A stretch of 64,000 nucleotides of DNA from Leptogorgia sarmentosa (GCA_964658305.1 OZ210885.1:12214001-12278000), one strand, 5' to 3'. Shown: positions 1 to 13,924, counted from the first letter of the stretch. Numbers and translations are program-made. The notes: generated by a model not told the origin, from the letters alone.

Positions 1-341
1 GTATAGATGGTATCGTGGAAAATATAACGCGAAACCTGCTCAGCATAAGCAATTTTGCGTGCCATTCTTGATCGGTAATCCCTTCGATTTGTATGCGTGG
101 ATTATACAGTCTTCCTATATTCTTGTTAGCATATTATAACCCAGCAAAAAATTGAGGAAGCTACAGCCCACTCTAGGCCATGGGCTCTGCTGCGCTTGTA
201 GAAAATAGTTCGAATTCCTCGTATGATATTTTTAAAGACTTTGTATAGCAAAGGCATAGGAAAATATCCGCGAGTACACGCAGTCTGCATTCCGCAGTAA
301 TCGCATTGGCCAAGCTAGGAATGTTACATTTCGATCGAAAT

Positions 342-1039
342 CACTGAGCTATACTGGAGATCGGGTCGTAATACAACGCCGTACAAAATAGTGTCGCCAA
401 AAACATGGCGGATTTTAGCCAAATTTACGTTATTATGACGTAGTAAGTCCCCTATTTCAGGGGACTAACCACTGACCAAATAACATTGCCGAAAGTGAGC
501 AGTTTTCTCACCCCCTGTCTGAAAATAAAATACTAAAATACCAGCTAATATCACGTCAAAGTTTTAAATTCAAAACAATATTTCGTTGAATTTTGTTGAT
601 TATCAACATGCCGCGTTTTTGCACACATAGTTGGCGACGGTCGGTCACTTATTTGCTGAACTACATTTAATTTCAGATAAATTACGGATGCCACAACTCC
701 TTTGTCAAGTGCTCAACTCCTCTTTAATCAATCGCGTTCGCTATTTATAGGCGCGTACATCGACAAATACAACAATATATTTTTGAGATGTAAGAGAATT
801 TTAATACTTTATCTCAATTCTTTGAAAAAATATCAAAACAGCAATGCAGTATATATTTATATATAAAATCGTACCGTAAAATCCAGGGAGGGTTGGAAAC
901 GGCGCCTGCACACACTTCAACTGTGGTAGGTAATTACCATCATGAGAATAGGGGACGTGTGACGTAAAATCCGCCATGTTTTTGGCGACACTTCAAAGTG
1001 GAGAGCCCGATCTCCAGATATATTAAGTATAGCTCAGTG
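342..1039. mobile_element. Non-autonomous DNA transposon (MITE) with 8-bp TSD, hAT-like
   Basis: TIR CACTGAGCTATAC / GTATAGCTCAGTG plus subterminal inverted matches (TGGAGATCGGG, GTGTCGCCAAAAACATGGCGGATTTTA). Flanked by ATCGAAAT at 334-341 and 1040-1047. Confidence 0.85.
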
Positions 1040-2384
1040 ATCGAAATATTTTTAATACAGCAAATATCGTTTTATGTCATAACGTACAGTCTTTACCGTG
1101 TAAAAGTACGAAACATAAAAGCGTAAAGATTTTTGTTCCATAATAATGATCTTCTATGAATTTAATTGAGAAGAAGAAAGCGTGGTGAACCCATGAGTAA
1201 ACACACTAAATTGCAATCCATCTTGATATACTGTAGGTCATATTAATTAATTATTCGAATTTTCTGATGCATACAATTTTATTTGTCAAATGGAAACCAC
1301 TTTCTTGTTTACTCATCCTAACTTAATGTGAAACAAATTTCATACGCAGATCTTGATCAACGTATTTTTCAAGTTAAATCCTCACTACAATATCACTTGA
1401 GTGGCAAGCTAAAACATTACATCTGGCAAATATCTGTCTCAACGCGTCTTTGCGCACAATAGCTAATCTCAATGGCTTTGAAGGTCAACTTGTCAAGTAT
1501 GTTTGATATTATTGTAGCTACGATATAAAGCAAAACAGAAAAACGATGTAATAAATGTTTTGGTGATTGTAATAAATGTACTGGTGTCCAAAAGAATGAG
1601 GCCCTAGCTGTTATGGAAAATTCGCATTGCAAACATTTCTTTGAAGCCGCGACACATATGAAATATGATATTTGATACGAATTGCGTTTATAATGTGCTA
1701 GACTGACACAGCGAGCTAGCAACCGAAATGTTTTGAATTGTATGAAGCGCATAAAACGTCTTTAAGGCAATATGAATGCTCACTCCAATAGCTGCATTTA
1801 GGGATGGAAAATAACCACTCATTCAATGTCGTCTCTATCAATCACGTTATTCATTTATAAGTAGAAGTGCTAAATCTTCTAGTCTGGCTCATTTCCTAAG
1901 CCTACCTCGATCTCCATAAGTCCATAAAGTTCCGCGTTTATGTATCGCAGCTTTTCAAACACTGATATACGTCTGCGTTGTGCATATGTCAATTTATCAA
2001 ATTTACAGGCATTTCTCAGTAATTTAATTCATCATTCGAACCAACGTCCAACGTCACTATAAAATATAATCCAATTTTCTAAAATTTGATACACTCGCGG
2101 CTGTCTTAGCACACAACCCACTTCGTTCCTTCTTGAGATGGTAACTTCGAAACCGTAAAAATATAGCATGCTGCTCAAGTTCATAGACCTGGTCTGGCAG
2201 AAACATTATGTACATTTACTATAACCCTGTGTATACTAAATCTATGAATCTATAAATCCGACCTTTCGGTGATTTACACGAACACAGGCAACTGATACTT
2301 GTAGGTGAATCAGCTGAGATCTCACATCATTACAGTGAGAATATTTCAGCGCATATTATGAAATTTCACACTAATAATCAGTCG

Positions 2385-2920
2385 TTATTTAAGGATTACA
2401 GCGCTCTTTGAGTGCATTATCGGCATTTCAAGCACGAATTCGCGAACAAGAAACAAGAAATTTAACACTGCACGAGGCGCAGCCGAGTGCAGTGTTAAAT
2501 TTCGAGTTTCTTGTTCGCGAATGAGTGCTTGAAAATGCCGATAATGCACGAAAAAGAGTGCTTTAAACGTTTTAATATTCAATTTGAGTAAACCACAAAA
2601 GAACAAGCATTTCACATTGTTATATGCATGCATAGAGAAATATGCAAAAAGAAACGCTACACAATTCATATTTATTACAAAAAATAAATTTTATAGTACA
2701 ACATTTATAATTACAATTTATAGTTGCCTCAGAAATTATTGCCTCTATATCCTCGGTGGACAAATCTAAAAACTTCTCGCACTCGGAAGCCATCTTGCAG
2801 TGCAATAAAAAGTTTACGCACGGCTATAATGCACGGCCGTGCATTGTTGTTATGTAAAATGAAGTCACGTGGTACAAATCGGCCAATCAGAACACTAGTT
2901 TACGAAAACTGAATAATAAA
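2385..2920 (+). mobile_element. Non-autonomous terminal-hairpin element (Crypton-like)
   Basis: ~170-bp foldback centred on CAC-GA-GGC-GCA-GCC-GA-GTG. Inner AATATTCAATTT is inversely matched by terminal AACTGAATAATAA. Distal small palindrome and CCAATCAGA. Confidence 0.7.
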
Positions 2921-3885
2921 TCAGTGCATTACATAGGAGCGATATGTAAAAATTATGTTAGGTTAACCTTTTCAGTTTTAAAACCTACAATATTTTTGCA
3001 AATACTTCCAAATCATTCTGAGTAATGTCTCGTATTGCATATTTCAATAAATATGAGTAGACCTTGTCTGTGCTTTTGCCTTGTCTTATGGTTATGCAAG
3101 CTATAACAATAACATGTGTAGGTATAGCATTTATAACACGCTGAAACGGGAAAATATTCAATTCCAATCCACACATTTATCCATCTTAAAACAATTCATG
3201 TTTCTCGTATTGTATAGCATATTTGAAGATCATTTTGCACCACATTCCGAAGGCATTTGCGAGTGTACACAGTCTGCATTCCACAATAATCGCGTTGGCT
3301 AATTGACACTAGAAATATTATGTTTCTTACCTTTAAGATTACCGTAAGCAAACAATTTTATATTAGACTGCGACTTTGTGACTGCCGGTCATTTAGTACA
3401 TTTTTAAACCTCACCGGCTGGCGGTCAAATAGTACGTTCTTGATATACCCAATTTATACATTTCAAGAAATATTATATACTTTTATATTGTTTAGGTAGA
3501 CAGATAGACTTTTTGTACTCTTCAAGAAAGTAATATATAACAATTCATTCGATTGAATGATGTTGATTGTTTGTGGAATCGCTGACAGCTTTTATACATT
3601 GTTGGCTCAACCTCTCTCTCCGCCCGTGGAAAATCATATCCATGGGCTAAACGCCTTTGATGCAACCGGGCCCTGAATATTTACGAGATTGAACTATTAA
3701 TAATGAGTTGCCGCCTTGCCGGTAATTTTAGCAGTTGGCCGCACGGAGGACTGCTGTCTACAACACGATTTAAAAATTTGCTATATTCGCATAGCAACCA
3801 CTAACTGATTCAAACCTTTTATAATTAAATATGGCGTGCTTTGATCACGCCGTTTTGTCGGCTTTATACTGCACCTCGCCACTTA

Positions 3886-4277
3886 GACTACGTTCACACT
3901 ATGCCGGCACGATTTGAAAACGGAATAAACAATAACGTTTCGCCGTTGCGTTCACACTGTGCCGTTGAAATTTCCTTTCAGTTCCGTTTGCGTTCACAAA
4001 GGCCGCTAAGTAAATTTTGAACTGCTTGGCGAGAGTTCGGGCGCTAAATATGAGGCTAAACTGGAATAAAAAATAACGGAACCGATGTTCGCACTGTGCC
4101 GGCACGGTTTGAAGACGGCTCCGTTTTCGTTTCACTCCGTTCGGAAAGCGTGGTCAAAGCGTAACGGCAAAAGTGACGTTTTCAAACAATTTCACTCCGG
4201 CACAGTGTGAACGCAACGTCCAAACGTTATTTTTTTACGCCGTTTTCAAACCGTGCCGGCATAGTGTGAACGTAGTC
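3886..4277. mobile_element. PIF/Harbinger-like MITE
   Basis: TIR GACTACGTTCACACTATGCCGGCACG / CGTGCCGGCATAGTGTGAACGTAGTC. Flanks TTA/TGA. Internal GTTCACACT repeats. Confidence 0.8.
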
Positions 4278-4304
4278 TGAATGTACACCCTTCCCTACGC
4301 CCCT

Positions 4305-4480
4305 GCTAACCACAAGCGGCAAACTTCAAATCTTATTTTAAAATAATTTCTACAAGTTTTCGGCAGCAAAAATGATTCACGCTTCAGTTTTCTGAATCAC
4401 CCCAACTTCGGACAACGAACACCAAAACAACGAACAGCAGAACTCAATATACGATTTGAAGTTTGCCGTTTGTGGTTAGC
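4305..4480. mobile_element. Short MITE
   Basis: TIR GCTAACCACAAGCGGCAAACTTCAAATC / GATTTGAAGTTTGCCGTTTGTGGTTAGC. Confidence 0.7.
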
Positions 4481-6944
4481 CATATGCCGCAAACATCAAA
4501 CTTAAATGCCTAATGAGGACAATTTATCTACGTCTATTGAAATTATCAGTCGTTGTAAGCACTCAACTAGTGAAGTAGAGTGCGAGGTTTTGCAAAAATA
4601 TGAACAAAGATGGACGATGCGAAATGTTTCAATTGATTTCGAGGTGCTGTGTCGTTGTTAATGACCCATGCATTTTCAAAGTGAGCATTATTTATCATGT
4701 TGCCATATTTTGTCTTAACTTTGCATGAAACATTGTAGAACTTCTTCGCATAAATTCAAGATGCGGAATATATAAATCCACTGATCCTATATTTGTTTAA
4801 CGTATAACGTATAAGCTCACCTGTAAGACGGTTCCAATTTCCAATTTCTGAATTTCGGTTTCGCTGGCCGCTTTTGTAGACGCGTGGCAAAGTGTTGTCA
4901 GGTGCAAATAATATATCAACAAATTTGTTTTGTGTTTCAATTGGCAGATGTTTTGTTTGGTTGCTAAGTTCGTTCCATGTCATAAAGAAAGCTCTTGTAT
5001 CAAGTTATAGTGATATTTCGGTGTAAGATCAGCGATTGGTTATCGGACTTGCTAATGTTCAGGATAAAGGTGTAGAGAACGGAAAGTGAACCTCCCGGAA
5101 GACAAAACAAACACATTCAATCGCACGATGAGCAGAAGAATGAATTTGATATGAATGAAATGAATGTGATAGTGGATATTTTGATAACAATAAATCCACG
5201 GTGAACTCCACTCAAATGTGCTCAAAGCCTGAGGGGATTTTTCCCCTAAATCACCCTTCCACTAAACGTTCAAAAAATCCTAAGTCGTTCAAAACCAAAA
5301 AGAGCAAACGTTTTTGAACATCATAATTATAATCACTTGTACAACATAATAACAATCGTAACTGTGACTCCAGGGTCGGTTAATGATAAGCGTTTCAAGG
5401 CAGATGTAAAAATATTGTGTTCCGCGCTGTTGCTATAGCGATATTATCTCTTAATTTTGCTTTCGGTCCTTTTGTTTACTTTATTCTACCTGAACGATAC
5501 TGGAAAACATTTAAACTCGTGTATGGTTACAAGCGTTGAACGCTTTCAATGAAGGCGGGAAACAATCGCGAAAAAGATCCTTTATTTAATTAGCGGCAGA
5601 GGCGGATTTCAGGCTCGACGGAATGCAAAATTTTGGCATATTCTGTATGATCTAATTGTTAATTTAATAGCAAGCAGCCTTAAAGACATTCATTATTACG
5701 TTTGTGTTCGGATAAATACAACTCCGCGACTCGGGAGTTCCCCTATTCCTCGCGAAATACCCGAAGTTTAAACTCTCTACTAGTGCTCTTTAGCGAGACT
5801 TAAGGAAGATATCAATGAAAAACAACACAACATGATGTGAAGCACTCTTATTTCTCTTGAAGAAATCTTAAAGCTTGAATACAATTTCCAGATTCTTGAA
5901 ACCTTCATTTAACTGGTCTTATAAAGATGGATAGGATATAATTCTAAATTTTATTCTAAATTTAAAACAGCCAAAAAAGTTGTTGATCTACGAAGATATT
6001 ATTTTAGCGTCACTTTATTTCACTTATTTCAATATTTATGATTGACAAAATTACACCCTGCATGAGATAACACTTTCTCAATTCTAAACTATTTATAGAC
6101 CTTGTTTATACCCTAGCTGCTTTTATTTTAGCTGTTAAAGTTTCGCGCATAGAAAATCGCAAGCAACAAATATGTCTGCTCTTATGACGCATAGTTCAGG
6201 ATTCTTAGGTTTGTGGCCAATTTTGTTGTTGTTTAATTTGCGCTGATGTGTTTTGAAATTAAACGGCTTCTTTTAATTAATAATGAGACTGTAGAGGGTT
6301 TTTATCTACATAATCGTTACAGGCACAATGTGGACTGTCGAAGGCCTTTAAGCAGCTGAAGACCCGTAGCGAGAGCCGGGGCTTGAACTATAAAACTACA
6401 ACGCACGCACTGCGTGCCTAACCGTCTGAGCTAATTTCGAGCTCGCTGGAAAACATCGAAAACAAAAATATTTATAGTTGAAATGTATTATGTAACATTT
6501 AAAATGCGAGCAGGGAAGGCGTCGACCGTTTCGGAAGGCAACGACCGTTTACGAAAGGGAAAATAGCTTCGGCGCTTTCTCGATATATATATGAGCCACC
6601 TATATGTCCGTTGACGGTCGGACACCTCCGAGATTGTCGGCACCGCATTCACTCGTATTCAGCGCCTCAACAGTGCTTAACACTAACGCAAACCGAAACC
6701 CTAATCCTAACCTTAACTTTAAACATTGACAAAATTATATGCGTATTTTTTAAATATATGATTGAAAAATCTTTGACAAAATTAAAGTTTGAAATTAAAG
6801 GTCGAATGAAATAAGGAAAAAAATATTGTACCCCGATTGGGATCGAACGCGGGTGCTCTGCGCGGAAATCCGCACCCTTGCCATTACACCGACTGCTCCA
6901 GCTGCCTGATCCCCCATTCAAAATTATTATTATGTTTATCCCCG

Positions 6945-7357
6945 AGCCATGGCGCGAAGCGCCGTCCGGGCGTTAGCCCGGGGTGAGGGTAATAATCCCA
7001 CACGGCTATTTGCACCCGGGTAAAGGGCAACATAGCGGAGTCCAAAGTTGCTCGATTTGGCCGCCATTTTCGGTCATGGTGCATCGTCGGTCATCACTGA
7101 TCTCTAAAATACCATGGACTATCATGAAGAGTCGAAGCTTTTTAAAGCTTTCAAGGAGCTTCTTAAAGCTTTGGAAAGGGGAAAACAAAGACGAGATCTG
7201 CGCGTAAGACTTTAAAAGCCTTCTCGGAAAATATAAAACGCTGAGAAATGGGACGAAACGACCATGGATTGAAACACAGGATAGTTCGTCAATATGTTGT
7301 CGGCAGTGAACTTTTGTTTTGCGTATATTTACTAATTGCCTGAAAGGTCGCCGGCGC
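6945..7357. repeat. Dispersed repeat related to 33900-34075
   Basis: Shared GGCGCGAAGCGCCGTCCGGGCG...GGGTAAAG...AAGTTGCTCGAT...AAAGGTCGCCG motifs. Confidence 0.55.
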
Positions 7358-7454
7358 AAATTTTTTTTCCGTAGACAGTCGGACACCTCATTGATGGTCG
7401 GACACATCATTTATTGCCGTTTTATATTTATATTTATTTTATTTTTCCATAAAA

Positions 7455-7945
7455 TTCTGAGTTCGGATCGTTTGGTTCTTTCAGCCAAAGAAAACGTAAC
7501 ATATCCTTATTCATGTCGTTAACTGCAACCATGAGAAAGGCCCTTTCAATGTCTGCAGTTAGGCCAATTCTATGCCATCTAAATTTGACAAGCGTGTCAA
7601 ACAACTGAGGGATATAGTTAGGGCCCGTCTCTAAACAATCATTTAATGAATATTCACGGTCTGGTGGCTTGGCTGACCCATCATAAACAATGCGAAGTTT
7701 GGTCGTCACGCGATCTCGTCGTATAACTCCATGATGGGGTAAATAGTGGACAGATTCTTTATCAGTGGTTTTGGTCTCTTCGTCTGGAACTCTTTCTACA
7801 ATTCCATCACGTGTCTGCTGTTGGATAATTTGATCGTATTCTCGTAGTAACTCTGGCTGGTGTAACAACTTGCGATGTAGAGATCTTAAACGTTTCTCAC
7901 ACAACTGATAGTAACTCGGTATTGAAGGGCAACCTTGCTTCCATG
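7455..7945 (-). pseudogene. BEL/Pao reverse transcriptase N-terminal fragment
   Basis: SLNDCLETGPNYIPQLFDTLVKFRWHRIGLTADIERAFL...LRFLW, then homology ends. Confidence 0.9.
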
Positions 7946-10236
7946 CTAACTTCATATCGTTTTCCGTTGAAATGCACGCTCTCGTTGAATGATTCGATAA
8001 TTTCCTTGGACTCTGGATCTCCTTTGATTCCAATTGATTCTGTCTCCCAGAATTTCTTTAATACATCAACTAATGGATCTTGTGTTGTTTCATACTGGTT
8101 GACGCTGCAACCCGATATCACCAGATTTGTTGTGCATATCTCATTGCACAACCCATTGTTGGTTGGTCCAGAGAGAAGCCAGCCGAACTTGCTTTCAATT
8201 GCTACAGGCCCCCATTCTCCTCGAATTGTATCACCTTCAACAAAGTCCCAATAATGGTCGGAACCAATAAGGACATCAATAGAATCATCAGAGTCAGAAC
8301 TGTCAGCCAGTTGTAAACCTTGTAAATGGGAGTACTGATCCACTTCGATTTTTGTAGCTAAAGGAGAGCAAATAACCGGAAAGCTGAGTGCAGAAATCCT
8401 AACATCTTCCTTTTTATTGGTTCGGAGGAACAATGGCGACAATTCACACTTCTGCTTTCGGTAACTTCGTTCACCAAATGTGTTGAGATGCAGTGTTTCG
8501 GTTTTCTTGGGTTTTATGTTCAATCTTGATTTCAAACTATCAGTGATGTAGGAGCGTTGACTCCCACTGTCAAATAGTATTTTTACTCTGGTTGTTCTAG
8601 ATCCATCTTCATTGGTTGCTAAGGCAGTGGCTGTTTGTAACATAACTTGTCCCCTTGCACTGGTGGTAGTGGTGGTGCTCTGGACATGTACTGAGTGGGT
8701 ACTAGGGTTTGGTGTTTCAGGTTGGATTTGTCGCCCAATGGTTTGGGACCAATGAACACCTTCACTTCCTTTCGATGGGGCTGCTAACTCTTTTGTATCA
8801 GGTTTCGTGAACATTGTTGACGAACGTCGATTGCAGATAGATTGGTGGTGCCTACCATTACATCGTCTACAACCCCTTTGATTAGAACACTGATTACTTC
8901 GGTGCCCCCTTTTGAGGCAAACAAAACATCTTCGATCTCGTTTTAGGATTTCTAGTCGAGCCTGCGCTTCGCTGGTCTTCATGCAAGAGGCAGAAAAATG
9001 ATTACCAGAACAATACACACATTGAATTTTATTTTCTGAATGTGAGGAATTAGCTACCAATGCAGCAGCAGAACCTTGGGATGTTGGTTTCAGTTGTGAT
9101 ACTTTGGGTTTTTCAGAATTCACTTTGATTCCATCACTTATCTCTCGTGCTTCGACTTCTTTTCTAATAACACCTAACAGCTCCGACATTTCCCATACAT
9201 CTTGTGCAGTGTTTCTCGCAATCTGAAGTCGAACATCTGGTGGTAGCTTGGACATGACAACCGGTATTAAAAGACTACCATACTGGCTCGAGTTGACCCT
9301 CAGTGCTTCTAGTCCTCGCACATTTATGCTAATCTTATCGTAAACAAATCGTAGTTGTGAGGTTTTATCAGTGGTGCATGCTGGAATTTTTAGGAGTTCG
9401 TCCATTTGTGTAGAAATAACATGCTGCGGTTTACCAAAACGTTGATTTAGTATATCGATAGCTGATTCATAGTTGCTTTCCGTCAGGGTTAGTCCTTGAA
9501 TTGCACGTAAAGCCTGTCCCTCCAGTAATGAATTTAAATGATTAAATTTGTCTATCTTCGTTAAATAGCTGTTGGTATGTATGGCACTGTTAAAACTGTC
9601 CCAAAACGTTCTCCATTGAGTCACCTCGCCCCGAAATTTTGGTAAAACCAGCTTTGGTAGTTTTGATCGGTTTTGTGTGGACACTGGCGCATTATGGTTG
9701 CTAATATTAACAGAATTGTGCTCATTATTCACTGTACCTTCTGTACCTGCGGATTCAGCTATCTCGGGTTGACTTGTTGACACAGATTGACTATTACTTG
9801 TGTTGCTATTGCTAGCCGACGTGCTAGGGACAGTTTCTTCGCTTTGTTGTTGTTGCACCAGTTCCTCGTTCGTAATAATCGTCGGCACATTGTCTAGGCT
9901 CTGACCACCTTGTACTTCGTTATGGGCCTCTTCGACCTTGTGCGTTTTCTCAAATATATGTCGTTGAGTGTCTAAAACTCTCGATACTAACTCCTCTGCT
10001 TCTTCGATTTCATTTACTATGTCGTCAACTTCGCAAATTTCGATTATTCTCTGGTCTAACTCCTTTACAAAGGTAAGCTTTTCTTCGAGTAACCCAGTGA
10101 TCGTGTTCAATGGTCCTCGTGGTACGATTTCTTCCTCCAAGTGTGCTTCGGCTTCATTGATCAACTTGGTAATAACACCTCGATTTCCCCCGCGCACAGC
10201 TCGTATTCGCGTTAATTTCTCCTTAAGTTCGGTCAT
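7897..10236 (-). pseudogene. BEL/Pao gag-protease polyprotein (frameshifted before RT)
   Basis: 779-aa ORF with DUF1759-type gag, CxxCxxxH knuckles and DSG protease. Homology continues in another frame (7434-8033) after KRYEVS. Confidence 0.9.
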
Positions 10237-10252
10237 TTTTCAATGAAATTCA

Positions 10253-10270
10253 GCCCCGCGTTGGGCGCCA
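10253..10270 (-). promoter_or_regulatory. Primer binding site complementary to tRNA-Lys(CUU) 3' end
   Basis: Minus strand TGGCGCCCAACGCGGGGC immediately after LTR end ...TATAACA. Confidence 0.8.
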
Positions 10271-10841
10271 TGTTATAATTTGATGATTTAATATGAAAAC
10301 TTTAGAAAAAGGGCTAAATTTCTCTTACATACGTTCAAACGTTAACATTTCTTTCATAACACATGTTCTCTCGTTCATCGGACTGGTAACCACTTAAGGT
10401 GGCTCACGTCCTTTCAATTACTATTACCAGACTTCTTTACAGCATTGTCGACGTTGAAAAAATGAAATGCAGTTTTTTTATGTCCCGTTTACAGAGGACA
10501 TACTGTAACATTACGCCATTCTCACAGCGCTTCATTTCAATCGAACGTTTTCAGCTTTACACGAAATACAAAATAACTTGAAACCATGGTCGGATAATAG
10601 CTGACGCTTTTGAGAACTTGGCTCAATTTCTCACAAAACCTGTGAGATCTAGCGAAGTGATGAAACTGCTTTCCCAGGTCGAAATTTGAATTCAGTTACA
10701 ATTCAGTTATAAAGCTGCCTTTAAAACAACAAAACCAGCATCTGTCTGTATGAATGAGTTGGCATCGAGACCAATCGGACTAATTTCCACAGAATTTATT
10801 TCATATCAATACTAATTAAAACTTCCTTTCTCAATCTAACC

Positions 10842-11187
10842 TTATTCTTTGTTTTTTAAAAAATTCCTTATTTGCCTTTTTGTTGAAGTCTGAAGTTTTG
10901 AGTCATCGTCAAGTTGAACGTCTGACAAGTAAATGCACTGCTTTGGCAGTTCATCTACCCAAGGCTTTCTATAATTAAGCCATGGGGTCCACTTTTTACT
11001 TGTTCCAGGAACCTTTGCAATAATGTATTTTGATCGATTTTTCCAACTTTTCAATGACCTTCCCGATGACAGGGACACTTGAATTCTCTATTGCCACAGC
11101 AACAAAACCCTGCACATGTTGCCAGGTGTCATCTACTTCTGGCAACTTATCCCCAGGTGGTCTATAGATACCACTGTAAATCTTCAA
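10842..11187 (-). pseudogene. Frameshifted C-terminal fragment of an unidentified, probably TE-encoded protein
   Basis: Two overlapping frames join into a protein-like stretch: VPVIGKV...IHYCKGSWNK / KWTPWL...PWVDELPKQCIYL. Confidence 0.4.
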
Positions 11188-11470
11188 GTCGTCAAGAAGC
11201 CACGTCTTTGCTTGTTCTTTGTTAGCCGAATATATCTCTGACGAATATTGTCTCTAAATCTTAAAATCTTTCCAATGGATCGATTTTCGCAATACCTGCC
11301 AGTCAACTGAAATTACAAATTTACGCCATTGCAAACAACTTATTCTCTAATGACTATGTGAAGGTTTCGATGTTTCTAGGACATTGTGCCACAGTAGCTT
11401 TTCATGCTAATTCTTTAATTATGGTGTGGTCTCAACATTTTGCGGACAACTTTATCATTCTTATGTTATT

Positions 11471-11911
11471 TTTATCATTTATAGACCCGGAGCGAGGGGG
11501 ATTCGGCGTAATATTTCCCGAAGTGATGATATTTTCCGAGGGGCTCTGCCCCGAGGAAAATATCATCACTGAGGGAAATATCGCCGAATCCCCCGAGCGG
11601 AGGGTCTATAAATGATATATTATACCGAACGAAATATTTTTGCATCATTGTTTTCAAGAAGTCTATTTATTTCTTCGTCCGAGTCTTGCTCGCCCGCCAT
11701 TTTGCATAAATATGCAAGCGCGTGTTGCCCACGCGTCACGCGTGAGCGTGGGATACTATAATATCCCACGGTGGATCTGCCGTGGGATATTATAGTATCC
11801 CACGCTGGATTGCGAAATCAGGAATTTGAGTGAAATACCGTAAAAAATCACATTATCACGTGGTACAAATGCTGTTTTTTCATTGGACAATTTGAATTTG
11901 AGGTATAATAT
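11471..11911 (+). mobile_element. Non-autonomous terminal-hairpin element (Crypton-like), copy 1
   Basis: ~140-bp foldback with GA/GA bulges and inner palindrome ATACTATAATATCCCACGG...CCGTGGGATATTATAGTAT. Near-identical to 37383-37833. Confidence 0.8.
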
Positions 11912-13504
11912 AAAGATATATCCTATATATTGTTTTGCAATGTTTTTCTGGGTGTTTTTCAATGATTATGTTGCTGTTGCAAATATTATGCAATTATTGG
12001 ACACAAAGGAAGCCAACATCTACATCTTTCTTGCTAGTGGCATCACGACAGCGAATGGTCTGGCTTTTTACGATCAGTGCTGCCTTTTTAATAGTGTAAC
12101 CAATCTTGAGGGCACTCGATGGGGCCTTATACTGGTTTAGATGGTTTCTGTCCTTTGGCCTTCAAGCCGCTGACCGTGCATCCGCACGGCCAACATCTCC
12201 GGCTTCACTGCATCCTTCAACTGCATGAACGATTTCGTTGTTCTCCATTTCCGTGATCTTTTTGGATGGTGGTTAGTCCTTCGTTTCATATCATTGTTCA
12301 CCAGAATGAACGCAGTCGTGGTGAGGAGTGCGGGTGCGAAATAGCCAATGGAACTGCCAACCAAGATTGCCTTGTTTCGGAAAAATGTTACGACGTCTTC
12401 TGGAAAAAGCTTTGAATTGGAATAGTGTTTTCTCGAAACGCGCCTTTCAAGGGATGTCCAAGTACTTTCGTGCTGTCGAGCGACATTTGTGGAAGGATTA
12501 ATGGCCATGGTCTTTATATTTGAACGTGGAGTATAAGGTAGAGAGACTTGTATACGGAGTGCTTCTCACAACTTGCCGTGAACGGTATGATAGAACTATT
12601 TAATCCTTGGCGTTTAAGTAATAGTGATAACAAAGAAATGATTGGCAACTGTTGATAGACGAGGTGAGATGTTGAAGACAAATTGAGACAGTGATAATCG
12701 CTGTCATGGATGACATTTTCGTACAGACAAGTATGACACAGAAAAACCCGTCAGTTTTTGTTCAGTAATTTTACCTATTCTCTGATTTAAAAAAAGCCTA
12801 CCAACCAAAAAATCGTTGTGTATATAATTAATTTGTTATATGCTGTGCTGTGGGGATGTTACTCCATGACGATGATACCTATTTTTTACTTGTCTAATGC
12901 CAGACGATTTTACTGGTCAATGGGGAAGCTCTGCAGCCTAATGGATTAAGCAACCTGGAAGATTTAACTGTATATTTCATTTTACATTAGTGATTTACAT
13001 TTTTAATTTGGTTTGTAAGCATGAAGTTGCACTGTTGCAGAACAATTAGGACTACTTGAACTTGATGACGACTTCTTCTCTCCTGAATTTAGAGCTGCCC
13101 GTTTGCAAATCATTCCATATCCAGAATTTGTGGAGCCAACTGAGTGCTCAGCTGCCTTTGTTTATCTTAAAACTCTCAAATGCCTAATTCTGAATAACTT
13201 TGAAGTTCGTTACCAGTACTATTGCGCGTTTTTTTTATGAATAGGAATTTTTCCATGCATGTTCCAATGCTCCCTGAGGTTAGGCAGACCCACTATAGGA
13301 TTGACCTTTCAAATTACAATATGTTTCTTCTCAATTTCAATATCTGTTTGTGTAGAAATGTGCCTTGTTAATTTCTTGTCATTCCCTCAGTCAAACAATT
13401 TCTTGATGCCTAAAACACACAGGGTTGTCTGCTCACAGGGCGTGAAAATAAGTGAATGTTGATGTTAATGGTAATATGTAATCAATCCACATGTTAAGGA
13501 TTGA

Positions 13505-13915
13505 AAAAACATCCGCTAGGTATTGGACTTGTCTCCACTTGCGACGTGAGTAATTATCATTCTCTGTAAAGATACCAGGGGACAATTCTGGTTCCTTTCG
13601 CAGCAGCAGCAGGTGATTTGGTGTGAGGGCTTCGAGGTCTTGGGGATCGTCAGATACCTTCGTATCGGTCGGCCGTTCATGATCGCTTCGACTTCGCACA
13701 TGAGTGCACGCAATCGTTCGTCGTTCATTATTTGTTCCCTCGTAATTGCGTTCAGAACTTTCCCTAATGTACGAATACATCGCTCCCAGCCTCCCAGACA
13801 CCCCGTGGTGAGATGCTCTGGTTGGTTGAAAACCCATTTAACATTCCTGTGCGTCAAGAACTGGTTCCACGAGTCTATTGACTTTCTCAGCTCTCTTTCT
13901 CCGCCAACAAAGGTA
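13505..13915 (-). pseudogene. BEL/Pao integrase fragment
   Basis: GGWERCIRT...EVEAIMNGRP / LEALTPNHLLL...RRKWRQVQYLADVF across two frames. Confidence 0.85.
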
Positions 13916-13924
13916 GCTAGGTAG

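Larger units (their letters stand above)
7455..10361 (-). mobile_element. BEL/Pao LTR retrotransposon, 3'-truncated (LTR end, PBS, gag-protease, start of RT)
   Basis: Gag LPKLVLPKFRGE...FWDSF, three Cys/His knuckles, protease LFDSGSQRSY, RT YLPHHGV...KLRIVYD...ADIERAF. PBS adjoins the ...ATAACA LTR end at 10271. The upstream LTR boundary is uncertain. Confidence 0.92.

Noticed and set aside
6688..6722. Telomere-like CCCTAA motifs here and at ~34195-34232
   Set aside because: Short, degenerate and internal to repeats; not an interstitial telomere array.
7897..8033. Programmed gag-pol frameshift
   Set aside because: BEL/Pao elements normally have one ORF. The shift falls in the conserved YEVxLPWK motif and looks like a small deletion.
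12137..12508. 123-aa ORF in a more GC-balanced stretch
   Set aside because: No recognisable motif in the frames I read; it may be a decayed coding fragment but cannot be assigned.
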